A stretch of DNA of 64,000 nucleotides from an uncultured Gammaproteobacteria bacterium (GTDB taxonomy: Bacteria > Patescibacteriota > Patescibacteriia > UBA11705 > JABHMO01). Location: the NCBI GenBank assembly GCA_964590105.1, contig CAZPYM010000002.1:154697-218696 (forward strand), read 5' to 3'. Below, piece by piece: positions 1 to 11,252 of the stretch (position 1 is its first letter; every line of letters starts with the position of its first letter). Position numbers and translations under genes: made by a program. The notes beneath the pieces are model-generated. The model was given only the letters and a program-made list of their open reading frames with translations, was not told the origin of the DNA and made no database searches.

Positions 1-276
1 ACCGCGGGTGATGGTTTTATGAATTCCGAAACACCATTCTTGTCCGTCTCCGCGGCAAGGCACGACGAGAATGCGGTGCGATGCTTTGTGTTCGGTAATG
101 GAATCCTCAATTTCATAAACTGCGCAATTCTCCGGAGAAACAGCTGCGTGCGCGCCGAGAAAATCACTTAATCCCGGCAATTCAGCAGTGAGATTTTCCA
201 TTGATTGTTTAATTGATGCTGGGACCATATCCCGGTGAAGTCGGCACTGCAGTAACCCCTGAATATTAAACTCCAT
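1..276 (-). CDS. Hypothetical protein, runs off the window edge (MEFNIQGLLQCRLHRD...)
   Basis: Read by hand: ATG at 276, AAGGAG SD at 281-286, frame open to base 1, TTGACA-17-TAGGAT promoter at 361-333. Not in the ORF track. Confidence 0.7.
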   Translation of the reverse strand, partial: MEFNIQGLLQCRLHRDMVPASIKQSMENLTAELPGLSDFLGAHAAVSPENCAVYEIEDSITEHKASHRILVVPCRGDGQEWCFGIHKTITRG

Positions 277-497
277 TTTTCTCCTTGCATTTGTTGGACT
301 GTTAAAGGAACAAAAAACAATGGAACGTTTTTATCCTATCACATAGTTTTGTTTTTGTCAAAGGGTGATTAGATTGCAAACCAAAAGCCACCCTTTTTAT
401 GGATGACTTTTGTTATTCGCTTTTGCGTTGTTTCGCGTTTAGTTTGGCGCCTACCTGCCGAAATTTCAATGTAGGCAGGTCGTTCCGCGTGTTTCCT

Positions 498-2150
<1,653 letters not shown>

Positions 2151-2175
2151 TTATTTTATTTACTAATTAATAAAA

Positions 2176-2463
2176 TTATTCAACGATTGCCAGAACGTCG
2201 TCTTCTTTTAAAACTAAGTATTCCTGTTCGTCGACCTTGATTTCATTGGGAGAGTATTTTGTGAAGAGAATTTTATCTCCTTGTTTCACAGACATCGGTA
2301 ATCGAGTGCCGCTGTCAGTCAGCTTGCCAGGACCCACGGCGATTACTTCGCCTTGCTCCGGTTTTTCCTTGTTTACAGTGTCCGGAAGAATAATTCCTGA
2401 AGTTGTTTTTTCTTCTTTTGAGATCGGCTTAACGATCAGATGGTCATTGAGGGGCTTTAACAT
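2176..2463 (-). CDS. groS: Co-chaperonin GroES
   Basis: MLKPLNDHLIVKP...TTSGIILPD...GEVIAVGPG; start trimmed to ATG 2463; directly upstream of groEL. Confidence 0.98.
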   Translation of the reverse strand: MLKPLNDHLIVKPISKEEKTTSGIILPDTVNKEKPEQGEVIAVGPGKLTDSGTRLPMSVKQGDKILFTKYSPNEIKVDEQEYLVLKEDDVLAIVE

Positions 2464-2718
2464 ATTAAATACATGATTACTGATTTGTACTGATATGCCG
2501 ATAGAGGGCGTTGAGAGGCGGAAGAAGATAGAATGAAAAATTAGATTCGCTATCTTCCTTAGTCTTCTATATCTTCCCCAGCCCCTTCCCCCTTTCCCGT
2601 ATAGCAAGTAAAATCAACAGATCAAATATTATTATAATTATTGATTAATATTACATTAAATAATTAGCAAAAGTCAAGTGGCCTGTCAAGGGGTTGTGGC
2701 GGCGGATTTTACGAAATA

Positions 2719-2847
2719 TTGACAAGCATATTTGGTTTTTTTGCTCGGCGGGCTGGTGGTGGGATTCATTGCTTACTTTCTCGAGGAGCAATTGGCTCCG
2801 GCGGAAAAATAATAAAGAGCTCGGTTAATAGACCGGCTCTTTTTTCT
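2719..2847 (+). pseudogene. Remnant of a deleted accessory gene: orphan TTGACA, 3' ORF fragment and terminator
   Basis: 2738-2812 reads FLLGGLVVGFIAYFLEEQLAPAEK*, similar to FLLGGPIGWFSYTLDELL in the 9445 gene (17-nt identity, 2737-2753 vs 9735-9751). No SD or ATG. Confidence 0.45.
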
Positions 2848-2859
2848 TGAAAAGCGAAT

Positions 2860-3423
2860 TTACTTTTTTGAGGATCTGATAATGTGGCGAAGTTGGCGGC
2901 GGTAGCTGAACCGGCGCAGAGGCGGGAACAACCATTCTGCCACGGTCATGAAGATGGCGGCGAATTGTTTCAGATCCTTCCGCGGGCTGCGGCCGGCGTC
3001 AAAGTCAATTCCCTGCACTTCGAATTCGCAGGGAAGACAGGCCTTGGCAATCAACCAGACTTTGCTTTGTCTGGTTTTCTCGCAAAAGACAATTGCGCGA
3101 CTGGCTTCCTGGCTATCTGCGACCTTTGCCGCCGCTTCCAGATTTTCCCAGCTGGTGATGGTTGTGCTGATCGGAAGGTAGATGAAAGCTCGGACGCACG
3201 AGATGCTGTCAAAAATGCGGCAGAGCAATCCCCGCATTTCATCAGCTTCGGATTTTTCAGGATAATGAATGTTTGTCCTGCCGCCGCACAAAACAATCGT
3301 GTGAATCAAGCGATCTGCGATCGTTTTCGCGACAACGGTCAAATAGCTTTTGTAATTGCCGTCTTTCAAAATATCCGGCGGGACGCCGTAGCCCATGATA
3401 ATGGCAATTGTTTGTCCTTTCAT
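2860..3423 (-). CDS. DUF218/YdcF (SanA/ElyC-like) family protein
   Basis: IVLCGGRT, SEADEMR and TSWENL motifs; GAGGAGG SD before ATG 3423. Confidence 0.75.
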   Translation of the reverse strand: MKGQTIAIIMGYGVPPDILKDGNYKSYLTVVAKTIADRLIHTIVLCGGRTNIHYPEKSEADEMRGLLCRIFDSISCVRAFIYLPISTTITSWENLEAAAKVADSQEASRAIVFCEKTRQSKVWLIAKACLPCEFEVQGIDFDAGRSPRKDLKQFAAIFMTVAEWLFPPLRRFSYRRQLRHIIRSSKK

Positions 3424-3448
3424 TTTTTCCTCCTCGTTCAAAGAACGA

Positions 3449-4438
3449 TTATATATCTTTACTATAATAATCAAATAATTGCAAGTGCAGGCGGAGCAGG
3501 CGCTTGGCATTTTTTCTTCCGACGCACAGATCAACCAGGATAGAGCCGGTTAATCTTTCCAAAAGCATAATTGGAAAAATAGCGTCAAAATCGTTTTGTT
3601 TTTTTACCCACGGAATTCGCCGGTAATTTTCTCGCCAGTCTTCAATCAATTCAATTGCTTGAAGAGAAGAAGTTTTGTTCGGCAGGCGGAGCAGGCAGGC
3701 CCAGATATTGAAAGTCAGATCATAATATTTTGGCCGGAATCCCCAGAATAAGTTTGACATCAAAACAAATTTTCCTTTGTTAATAAAAATATCATTGGCC
3801 GACAAATGGCCGTGGCTAAAGATTAATGGGATCTGCTCGAAATGTTTATTTAGAATTTGTTCGAACCGGCTGACTCTTTTGCCCTGAATGTTCTGCGACC
3901 AGCATTTGTTATGCTTGGAAATTTTGGTCCAGTTGTTTAGCCGCTTGATTACCGCCGCTTTTGTGCAAAGATCGTTTTTCCACCAGGCTTGGGCTACGGT
4001 TTTTGTCCTGTATTCATTGTAAAAGCGGCAGAACATCTGCTTCTGTTTTTTATCGGCCAGGGGCATTAGAAAAATGTTTTTCAGAGGGATTCTTTCTAAA
4101 ATCAAAAAGCCGAATTTGTTCTTTGTATTCCATTTTTGGCCGGCGTAAACTTTTGGCAGGCGGATTCGGCGCGATTTATTGTTTTTTTGGAATTTTTCAA
4201 AAATTGTCATTTCGTCAATCTCCGGTCGCAGGCCTTGAATTTTTAAAATAGCTGGCTTGTTTTTGTAGGTTCCCGCGAAAATAATGCTGCCGATTTTATC
4301 TTTGTCATAAATAATGCCGCGCCAGATTTCTTTTTGAATATTAAATTTAGTTTTCGGAATAATAACAGCTAGCGCACTTTGCAATTTGAGCGAAAAATCT
4401 TTTTGCGTAAAATATTTCTCTGTAATTTTATTTGACAT
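3449..4438 (-). CDS. APH/choline kinase-like phosphotransferase
   Basis: AILKIQ (VAIK-like), LPKVY, LILERI, and FSHGHLSANDIF (degenerate HGDLxxxN). Confidence 0.65.
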   Translation of the reverse strand: MSNKITEKYFTQKDFSLKLQSALAVIIPKTKFNIQKEIWRGIIYDKDKIGSIIFAGTYKNKPAILKIQGLRPEIDEMTIFEKFQKNNKSRRIRLPKVYAGQKWNTKNKFGFLILERIPLKNIFLMPLADKKQKQMFCRFYNEYRTKTVAQAWWKNDLCTKAAVIKRLNNWTKISKHNKCWSQNIQGKRVSRFEQILNKHFEQIPLIFSHGHLSANDIFINKGKFVLMSNLFWGFRPKYYDLTFNIWACLLRLPNKTSSLQAIELIEDWRENYRRIPWVKKQNDFDAIFPIMLLERLTGSILVDLCVGRKNAKRLLRLHLQLFDYYSKDI

Positions 4439-4494
4439 GAAAAATATATAGGAGAAAATAATGGAAGCGGCTAATCCGCCAATTCGCTAATTCA

Positions 4495-4899
4495 CTAATC
4501 AACCAATTCTCGCGCCTCGTTTAAAACCGCCTCCACATTCGGCGCGCAGTTTTCCGGCAGAGAATTGATGTCAAACCAATCCCATTCTTTGATGTCGGCG
4601 CCAGGCTGAATTTCATTGATTCGTTCGGCTAAATAATGGATTAAAATCACTTGAGTTTTCGGGTCGTTCGGTTTCTGAACCATCATCGGCTTTAATGGTT
4701 TAATAATTTTTAGATCAATGCCCATTTCTTCCTTTGCCTCGCGTCGGCAGGCGGTTTCAAGCGAATCAAGTTCATTATCAAAATCAAAATTTTCCACCCG
4801 GCCGCCGGGAAATTTCCAAAAATTATCACCCCCATGTTTATTCAGTAGAACTTTGTTGTTTTCAATTATTACCGGACCGGAAGCGATTATAAAGTTCAT
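4495..4899 (-). CDS. NUDIX hydrolase
   Basis: WKFPGGRVE...ACRREAKEEMG Nudix box. Confidence 0.92.
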   Translation of the reverse strand: MNFIIASGPVIIENNKVLLNKHGGDNFWKFPGGRVENFDFDNELDSLETACRREAKEEMGIDLKIIKPLKPMMVQKPNDPKTQVILIHYLAERINEIQPGADIKEWDWFDINSLPENCAPNVEAVLNEARELVD

Positions 4900-6206
4900 A
4901 GGGTTTTGAAATTATTATTTTTGACTAACGATAAAACGATTGCGACGAGCATTATTCCAAAATAAAAACTCCACAAGTAGTGATCAAATAGGGCTAGGCC
5001 GGCCAGGGCGGCGAGACAGGTGAGCCCGGTCAGGCGTTCGGCGGACCAGGACACGCATTTGAATAGATTAAATAAAACATAAAAAACAAACAAAAGGATC
5101 GAGGCTAAGCCGAGAATCCCAAGCTCGGCAAAAATCAGCAGATAAGTATTGTGAATTGGCTGATAGTCCCAAGCCGATTTTGTTGAATCCTGCGAATAAA
5201 GCCGGACAACATAATTTCCAGGTCCGGTTCCGGTTAGCCAGGTAGATGTTAAAATTTGTCCTGCTTCGCCGTATTGTTCAACGCGCGTAACATTTGAAAT
5301 GTTTTCTACTCGGTTGCTTGACAGCGTTCTGGTTAAAATCAGCTCGGGAAATGAAACCGTGAAAACTACAAAAATAAATAAGGCGATCAGCGCGAATTTG
5401 GCTGAAGCCTTATTTAAGACAATGTTTTTTCTGGACAAGAAAGTAAGAATGATTATGCCGACAACAAAAGATAAAATTGCAGCCCGGGATAAAGTCGTCA
5501 TTAAGCCAAGAAAGTTAACAACAAAAACCAAGCGCAGAAGATTTTGCGGTTTTTTCGTTTTGATGATTGAATACAGGCCGATGATTAAAATTAAACCGAT
5601 AACTAAAAATCCTGCTAAAATATTCGGATGGGGCAATGAGCCGAAACTTCTGAGCCACCTTAAATTTTCCAGCTGAACAACCGGCACCCCGAGCGTTTCA
5701 GGATTTTGTCCAGCCATTCCCAGCCATTTGTTGGCAAATATTTCTTGCGTCATGAATTGTTGGATGGCCAAGATGCTTTGCAAAAGACCGCCTAAAATAA
5801 TTGCCCAGGAAAATTTTTGCCAATCAAGTTTCATCGCCGCTATTATGGCGAATAGAGCCGCCGCCATAATTAAGTGGCTGAATTTATAAAATGCAAGTTG
5901 CGGGTTTAAAGCAAGAAAGCAAGAAAGCGAGACGAGTAAGAGAATTAGGACTAACAAAAACACTCGTCTTAATTGTTTTTTTGTTTTTTTGATTTCCTGA
6001 TTTTTTACCAATCGCGCGATTGCGTAAACAATCGATAAAATAAGGATTAACCCAAATAACAATTCCGTCGCATACAAACTGAAAGTGCCGTATTCCCATT
6101 TTTCTCCGTTTAAAAATCCCTGCTGGTAGATCCAGCGGGTTTGCAGTGGCAGTAGAAAAATGAAAGTGTATAATAGCCATTCTATTGTTTGTTTGAGATG
6201 TCGCAT
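4896..6206 (-). CDS. O-antigen ligase (Wzy_C) family membrane protein
   Basis: Multi-TM; RSFGSLPHPNILAG, TLSRAA, GTGPGNY and PIHNTYL motifs. Confidence 0.9.
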   Translation of the reverse strand: MRHLKQTIEWLLYTFIFLLPLQTRWIYQQGFLNGEKWEYGTFSLYATELLFGLILILSIVYAIARLVKNQEIKKTKKQLRRVFLLVLILLLVSLSCFLALNPQLAFYKFSHLIMAAALFAIIAAMKLDWQKFSWAIILGGLLQSILAIQQFMTQEIFANKWLGMAGQNPETLGVPVVQLENLRWLRSFGSLPHPNILAGFLVIGLILIIGLYSIIKTKKPQNLLRLVFVVNFLGLMTTLSRAAILSFVVGIIILTFLSRKNIVLNKASAKFALIALFIFVVFTVSFPELILTRTLSSNRVENISNVTRVEQYGEAGQILTSTWLTGTGPGNYVVRLYSQDSTKSAWDYQPIHNTYLLIFAELGILGLASILLFVFYVLFNLFKCVSWSAERLTGLTCLAALAGLALFDHYLWSFYFGIMLVAIVLSLVKNNNFKTL

Positions 6207-6380
6207 ATTATGAATAGGGCGGAATTGCGCTGTTGTGGGGGTTCAAAATCCTGAACCTTTACAACGCGGCGCGTTTTTATGTCTTGACCTGGCCGCCTTT
6301 TCTTGTTAACATAATAAGGCTTTTGTTGTTGTTTGACAATAAATCTCTCGACTGCGCTCGAGATCTATGAGGAGGGAAAA

Positions 6381-6782
6381 ATGTTTTATGCCCAGATAGC
6401 TTTTTTTTCGGTATTCTCCCTGTTCGCCGCGTGCGGCAGTTCCGCGAACAAGTCGGAAAGCAAAAAAGACGTTGACCCGGTGTTGCGGCAAACAGCTGAT
6501 GAAGCGTCGTGCGATCGGTTTGCCGAGGGCGAAGTCAAAGTGTTGAGGCGCGCTCAGACGCTCATGTGCCTGAACAATGGCGACGCCGGTGTTGTGCTGG
6601 AGCTGGCTTCAGAGCCGAGCGAGGACAGCGGCACGAAGATTGTTTACGATCTGCCTGCGCGTGGTTCGCAAAAATTCACCTTGCCCTTTATTGACGGATT
6701 TACAGTTAATGATATTTACGCTCGCCTTGATCGCGGCGAATGGCGCAAATTGTGCCGGGGAAGTAATCCGGCCGAAGAATAA
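6381..6782 (+). CDS. Hypothetical lipoprotein
   Basis: GAGGAGGG SD, ATG 6381, signal peptide with lipobox FAAC; own promoter TTGACC-17-TAACAT at 6284-6312. Confidence 0.75.
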   Translation: MFYAQIAFFSVFSLFAACGSSANKSESKKDVDPVLRQTADEASCDRFAEGEVKVLRRAQTLMCLNNGDAGVVLELASEPSEDSGTKIVYDLPARGSQKFTLPFIDGFTVNDIYARLDRGEWRKLCRGSNPAEE

Positions 6783-6816
6783 ACTTATAGTCGATTGATC
6801 GCAATATCCGTAATAC

Positions 6817-6844
6817 AACTTCCGAACGCATTCGGGAGTTTTTT
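6817..6844 (+). terminator. Intrinsic terminator, copy 1 of a direct repeat
   Basis: aacttccgaa-cgca-ttcgggagtt plus T-tract; 23 nt identical to 13200-13222. Confidence 0.85.
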
Positions 6845-6869
6845 GTTGAATAAAGTATTTCTGCCCGGC

Positions 6870-6954
6870 TTGACAGCGCAGATTTTTTCACTTATACTGT
6901 TTTATTCTGATTGCACTTTGACAAGTCGATTCATTAACCTTTGGCAGAAGGAGG
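6870..6954 (+). promoter_or_regulatory. sigma70 promoter, boxA-like motif and SD of the radical SAM operon
   Basis: TTGACA(6870)-17-TATACT(6893); GCACTTTGACAAG at 6913-6925; AAGGAGG at 6948-6954. Confidence 0.8.
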
Positions 6955-6961
6955 ATAGGCA

Positions 6962-8326
6962 ATGCCGAGGAAGCAGCAGTTTGAAGTTGACGGCGTGAGG
7001 CACGCCACTATCAATGGTCATCGCTTTCATTTGCGGTGGACTGATCCGGGGAAAGATAATTTTCTCTGGATTGACGGCAAGCAGCCGCCATTGATACTGG
7101 ATCAGACAGCGGCAGATTTTGTCGCGCATTTGATTGACGCCATGTGGCTATTTCAGACCGGCGCGGGAGACAATTCTGCCCAAGTGATTAGACATGTTGT
7201 AGACAAAATGTATGACTGCTACGGGCGATCATCGATCATTCGAAAAAAGCGGGTCACAAGGGCCAGGATTGAAGCGGATTTCCAGCGGATTTTCGGCATG
7301 CTTATGGCGGTGGCCGACAGCGGTTGTCCGTATGAATCCGGGCTTGATTCCAAGGAGATCAATTATGGCGTCTGGGCGGCGCCGGCGCGCATGGATCTGG
7401 CAGTGACGTATCGATGCAATCTGCAGTGTAGCAAATGCTATCTTGGCGAGCGTAGCTCGCCGGATATGCCATTCGAATCATGGTTGGAAGTCTACAAAAG
7501 GCTTTGGGAAATCGGCATTTCACAGGTGGTGTTCACCGGAGGGGAGCCTTTGCTTCGTCCGGACATTGTGCAGTTGGTGTCCGAGGCAGACGAATTTGTC
7601 ACCGGGCTTATCACCAATGGAACAGAGCTCGCCCGGTTGGCACAGCCGTTGCGCGACGCCAGCCTGGATTATGTCCAGGTGACGATTGAATCTGCTTTCC
7701 CAACGGTTCACGATCTGATGACACAGACGCCCGGTTCATTGATGAAGACAATGGCCGGCATCAGGGCGGCGGTTGAGTGTGGATTACAGGTGGTGACCAA
7801 TACAACTCTGACAAAAGAGAATGCTGATGGTTTTTGCCGGCTTTTGCGCCAGTTAGAAGGACTCGGCGTGAAAAATGTCGCTTGCAACACGCTCATTTGC
7901 AGCGGACGCGGCACATATCATCGCATGCAGAATGGTCTTTCTGATGCAGAATTGCTCGCCGTAATCAAGCCGGCGCTGGCTGTGGCAAGAGACCTTGGTC
8001 AGAATCTGCAGTGGTATTCGCCGACCTGTTATAATCAGGGTGTGAATCCGATTGAGCTGGGCTTTGGCGTGAAGGCGTGTTCAGCCGCAGCTCACAACAT
8101 GATGGTTGGGCCGGATGGCGAAGTGTTTCCGTGCCAGTCATGGCCGAAATCGGTTGGAAACATCTTGCTGAATAGCTGGCCGGCAATCTGGGAACATCCC
8201 ACGTGCGTGGCTTTGCGCAATCACGAAATGGCGCCCGCGGCTTGCCGCGATTGCGAGCATTTGTCCGTCTGTGGCGGAGGATGCCCGCTCGACAAGGACG
8301 CGCGTCTCGGCGAGGTGAAGTCATGA
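6962..8326 (+). CDS. Radical SAM/SPASM-domain protein with N-terminal extension
   Basis: CNLQCSKC (CxxxCxxC), FTGGEP, SPASM CSAA...PDGEVFPC...GNI...CRDCEHLSVCGGGCP; ~135-aa N-terminal extension, possibly PqqD/RRE-like. Confidence 0.95.
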   Translation: MPRKQQFEVDGVRHATINGHRFHLRWTDPGKDNFLWIDGKQPPLILDQTAADFVAHLIDAMWLFQTGAGDNSAQVIRHVVDKMYDCYGRSSIIRKKRVTRARIEADFQRIFGMLMAVADSGCPYESGLDSKEINYGVWAAPARMDLAVTYRCNLQCSKCYLGERSSPDMPFESWLEVYKRLWEIGISQVVFTGGEPLLRPDIVQLVSEADEFVTGLITNGTELARLAQPLRDASLDYVQVTIESAFPTVHDLMTQTPGSLMKTMAGIRAAVECGLQVVTNTTLTKENADGFCRLLRQLEGLGVKNVACNTLICSGRGTYHRMQNGLSDAELLAVIKPALAVARDLGQNLQWYSPTCYNQGVNPIELGFGVKACSAAAHNMMVGPDGEVFPCQSWPKSVGNILLNSWPAIWEHPTCVALRNHEMAPAACRDCEHLSVCGGGCPLDKDARLGEVKS

Positions 8327-9294
8327 ACAAGAGCATACTGGCGCTGCTGGCTTTTTGCCTGGCCCTGCCTGCGACAAAAGCGTTGGCCGGCGATACCGGC
8401 ACATACGAAATTCTGGATTACAGGGTCAATCTGACGCCGCGCGCTGACGGCACGGTGGATATTGACTATTATCAGAAATGGGCAGTGACCGGCGGGCACA
8501 TTCCATGGATTACGGTCGGCCTGCCGAACAGCGATTACGAAATCAAGAAAAGTTCAGGCAATGCCGCCTCCATCAAGCCGGCCAATAGCGGCGGTTGGAG
8601 CGGTGTTCGTCTGGATCTAGACCGGGATTATCAGCCGGACGAGACATTTGAGGTGAACTTTTCCATTGTTCAGACCAAGTTGTTCTGGGCTGATGAAGAA
8701 AAGTATTACCTCGCATACACTCCGGGCTGGTATGATCAGGCTCCGGTTCATAACTTGGACGTAACGGTACGCTTTTTTGCCAAGCTGGAATCGGTCACGG
8801 CCGAGCCGGAACCAAGCAAAAATGGCGATGAAACTTTGAGCTGGCAAACTTCGCTGGGCAAGGGCCAGAAGTTCAGCTTTGAGATTTCTTTTCCAAAGGC
8901 AGTGTTTGAGCAACCGATTTCGGAAGAAAATCTGAAAGATACTGGCGGAGTCGGTTGGTTGATCATCCTCATTATCTTCATTCTGCTAGTTGTCGTTATT
9001 ATTTTCCTCGCCGCCAGCGGAGTTTTTGGCGGGGGCGGATTTGGCGGCGGGGATGATGACGACGGGTACAGCGGTGGTAGCATTTTTTACGGTGGCGGCA
9101 GCGGAGGCGGATCTGGCGGTGGCGGCCGTTCAGCCGGCGGCGGAGGTGGCTTTGGCGGACGAACCAGTTCGTGCGCCTGTGCCTGTGTATCCTGCGCCTG
9201 TGCTTGCGCTTGCGCCGGCGGCGGCGGGGCTGGTTGCGACCGCAAAGCCAAGCATCTGTGTCCTGTTTGCAATCAAACAAGGGCAGAGAGCTAG
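8323..9294 (+). CDS. Exported single-TM protein (DUF2207-like ectodomain) with Gly-rich linker and Cys-rich tail
   Basis: ATGA overlap with the radical SAM stop; signal peptide; TM WLIILIIFILLVVVIIFLAA; tail SSCACACVSCACACACAGGGGAGCDRKAKHLCPVC. Confidence 0.85.
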   Translation: MNKSILALLAFCLALPATKALAGDTGTYEILDYRVNLTPRADGTVDIDYYQKWAVTGGHIPWITVGLPNSDYEIKKSSGNAASIKPANSGGWSGVRLDLDRDYQPDETFEVNFSIVQTKLFWADEEKYYLAYTPGWYDQAPVHNLDVTVRFFAKLESVTAEPEPSKNGDETLSWQTSLGKGQKFSFEISFPKAVFEQPISEENLKDTGGVGWLIILIIFILLVVVIIFLAASGVFGGGGFGGGDDDDGYSGGSIFYGGGSGGGSGGGGRSAGGGGGFGGRTSSCACACVSCACACACAGGGGAGCDRKAKHLCPVCNQTRAES

Positions 9295-9319
9295 CCGGAT
9301 TACGGCTAAATAGAAAACA

Positions 9320-9352
9320 ATTCCCTGGACCTAGTTAAGTTCAGGGAGTTTT
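9320..9352 (+). terminator. Intrinsic terminator
   Basis: ttccctggac...gttcagggag followed by tttt. Confidence 0.7.
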
Positions 9353-9444
9353 ATTTGTATGGGACACTTGACAAATTATAAGTTTCTTTATATGATTTTA
9401 TAATTACCCGAACATTGACAACTGACAAATTAAGGGAGGGTTTA

Positions 9445-10647
9445 ATGCAAAAGCTTAGTGTTGTGCTATTGCTGATTGCGGGCGCTGTTTTTACCGGCTG
9501 CAGTGAACAGCTGGGGGCGCTCGGAGGAACGTTTGCGCGTTCTTTGCTTTTCGTGCTTCCGTTTATCGCAGTCATGATTGGCATTATTTTTGCAATGAAC
9601 AAATGGATCGTTGATAGCCGCGGCGCAACAAATGAAAGACTTTGTTCAGCTGTCGGCGTTGTTAGTTTTCCGGTTTTGTTTTTCGTAGCCTTTTACTTGT
9701 ACTGGGGCTGGAGCTGGTGGGTCATCGGCGCCGCTTTTTTGCTCGGCGGGCCAATCGGCTGGTTCAGCTATACGCTCGATGAGCTTTTGGTAGAATTTTG
9801 GGAAAATCGAGTTGTTACCCTGCCGGGACTTGTCGGGTTGATTCTTGGAGGCGCGGTGATTGTCTCGTTTTTTACCGGCATTTGGCTGGAAGGCGATATG
9901 TATGTAACGAACAAGGCCTGTTCAGCTCGGGCAGTGGTTGAAAGATATAGCGAGACCTGCACCAAGGACGATGATGGGGTTCGTAGCTGTTCCGATTCCT
10001 GGGATTACTACTATCATGTTGACCGAATTGCTGATGGTTGGCAATTGCCTTCCCTGGAAAAAGGAAGAGATTACCAGCTCGGTCGCGGTGATTATGGCCG
10101 AGAAGACCGAGTTAGATTAGAATCATATTTTCTGATTGGCGGGCAGTTTTATTCTGAAGAACAAAAGCAATGGACAGAGTTTCGTTGGCTTGTTCTGAAA
10201 AAAAAGATCCCGGTGGAGTTGAGGCAGGTGCAACACATCCGCAGCAACTTTTACGGGAATCCGGCTGAAAACGCAGGCGCTGTTAGCGAGCCGGCGCCAT
10301 TGCCGGAGAGTGTGGCGGCAAGGGTGTTGACCGGTGATGATCTGCCGCCCGGATCAACAACAATGAAAGCCATTTCAATTGTTTGGGATACGGTTAAGCT
10401 ACTTTTTTCAGAAGAAGAATATAGGGGAATATTGTATATCTTCTTATGTGTTTTTGCATTAATTGGAACGCTGGCATTTTTTGTGCCGGTAACAAGGCCT
10501 TCAGTAGCGGCATTTACGAGTTGTTTTTTCATAATCGCTCTAATTGCAGTAATGATTATTGCGGCCAGAACCGGCAGTCTTGGTTCCGGCAGACGCCGGC
10601 GTTCTTCCGGCGGCGGCGGATTTGGTGGAAGAACGTTTACGCGTTAG
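9445..10647 (+). CDS. Multi-TM membrane protein with Arg/Gly-rich C-terminal tail
   Basis: TTGACA-17-TATGAT promoter (9368-9396), AGGGAGGG SD, ATG 9445; ends GRRRRSSGGGGFGGRTFTR. Confidence 0.8.
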   Translation: MQKLSVVLLLIAGAVFTGCSEQLGALGGTFARSLLFVLPFIAVMIGIIFAMNKWIVDSRGATNERLCSAVGVVSFPVLFFVAFYLYWGWSWWVIGAAFLLGGPIGWFSYTLDELLVEFWENRVVTLPGLVGLILGGAVIVSFFTGIWLEGDMYVTNKACSARAVVERYSETCTKDDDGVRSCSDSWDYYYHVDRIADGWQLPSLEKGRDYQLGRGDYGREDRVRLESYFLIGGQFYSEEQKQWTEFRWLVLKKKIPVELRQVQHIRSNFYGNPAENAGAVSEPAPLPESVAARVLTGDDLPPGSTTMKAISIVWDTVKLLFSEEEYRGILYIFLCVFALIGTLAFFVPVTRPSVAAFTSCFFIIALIAVMIIAARTGSLGSGRRRRSSGGGGFGGRTFTR

Positions 10648-10657
10648 GGAGGTGATA

Positions 10658-11230
10658 ATGCGAAAAACATGTTTTCTGTTTGTCTTTTTGGCATTGCTAT
10701 TTAATGCTTGCTCTAAGGATGAGCAGGCTGATCAGCAGATGCCGGAAGCATCAAAGTACGGAGACCAAGCGCGGGTTCTCACGGGAGAGCCGGCGTTTCC
10801 GGCGCTGGAAAAAAGTTGGATTATTGACAAAGCCAATGCGGTTTCATTAGAAGTTGAAAGGACCGCCGATGCCGTTTTGCAGTCATTGCAGGACGACGGA
10901 TTGGCTGAAGTTGTTGTGTTAATTATCACAGGGGTGAAAAAGCCCGGTGACTATGCTACTCAATACGGACGTTTTCTTCAACTGGGCAAAGCAGGGCCGG
11001 CTTCGGACGGAGGAAACAGAGGCATTGTCTGGTTGGTCAGACCGGATGCTGATGAAAAAATGACCATCTCGGTTGGTCGCGGACTGCCCGGTTTTACCTC
11101 GCAGGACTATGGCGAGATTATGGACGCCGTGGGTGATTATTGTCAGTTCAACAATTATGACAAATGCGTGCAGAGACTCGCGGAAAAGACCAGTGAGGTT
11201 TTGCGCCGGCTGCAAAAAGTCAAACCCTAA
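10658..11230 (+). CDS. TPM-domain (YgcG-like) lipoprotein
   Basis: Lipobox FNAC; IIDKAN, AEVVVLII, QLGKAG, NRGIVWLV and ISVGRGL match the TPM pattern; GGAGGT SD. Confidence 0.8.
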   Translation: MRKTCFLFVFLALLFNACSKDEQADQQMPEASKYGDQARVLTGEPAFPALEKSWIIDKANAVSLEVERTADAVLQSLQDDGLAEVVVLIITGVKKPGDYATQYGRFLQLGKAGPASDGGNRGIVWLVRPDADEKMTISVGRGLPGFTSQDYGEIMDAVGDYCQFNNYDKCVQRLAEKTSEVLRRLQKVKP

Positions 11231-11252
11231 ATGCGACAAGGAGGCAAACCGC

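Noticed and set aside
2660-2692. CIRCE element upstream of groES
   Set aside because: Only TTAGCA matches; the TTAGCACTC-N9-GAGTGCTAA repeat is absent, and the segment fits a sigma70 promoter.
6235-6262. tRNA T-loop-like GGTTCAAAATCC
   Set aside because: No cloverleaf; it is a short REP-like palindrome (ggttca...tgaacc).
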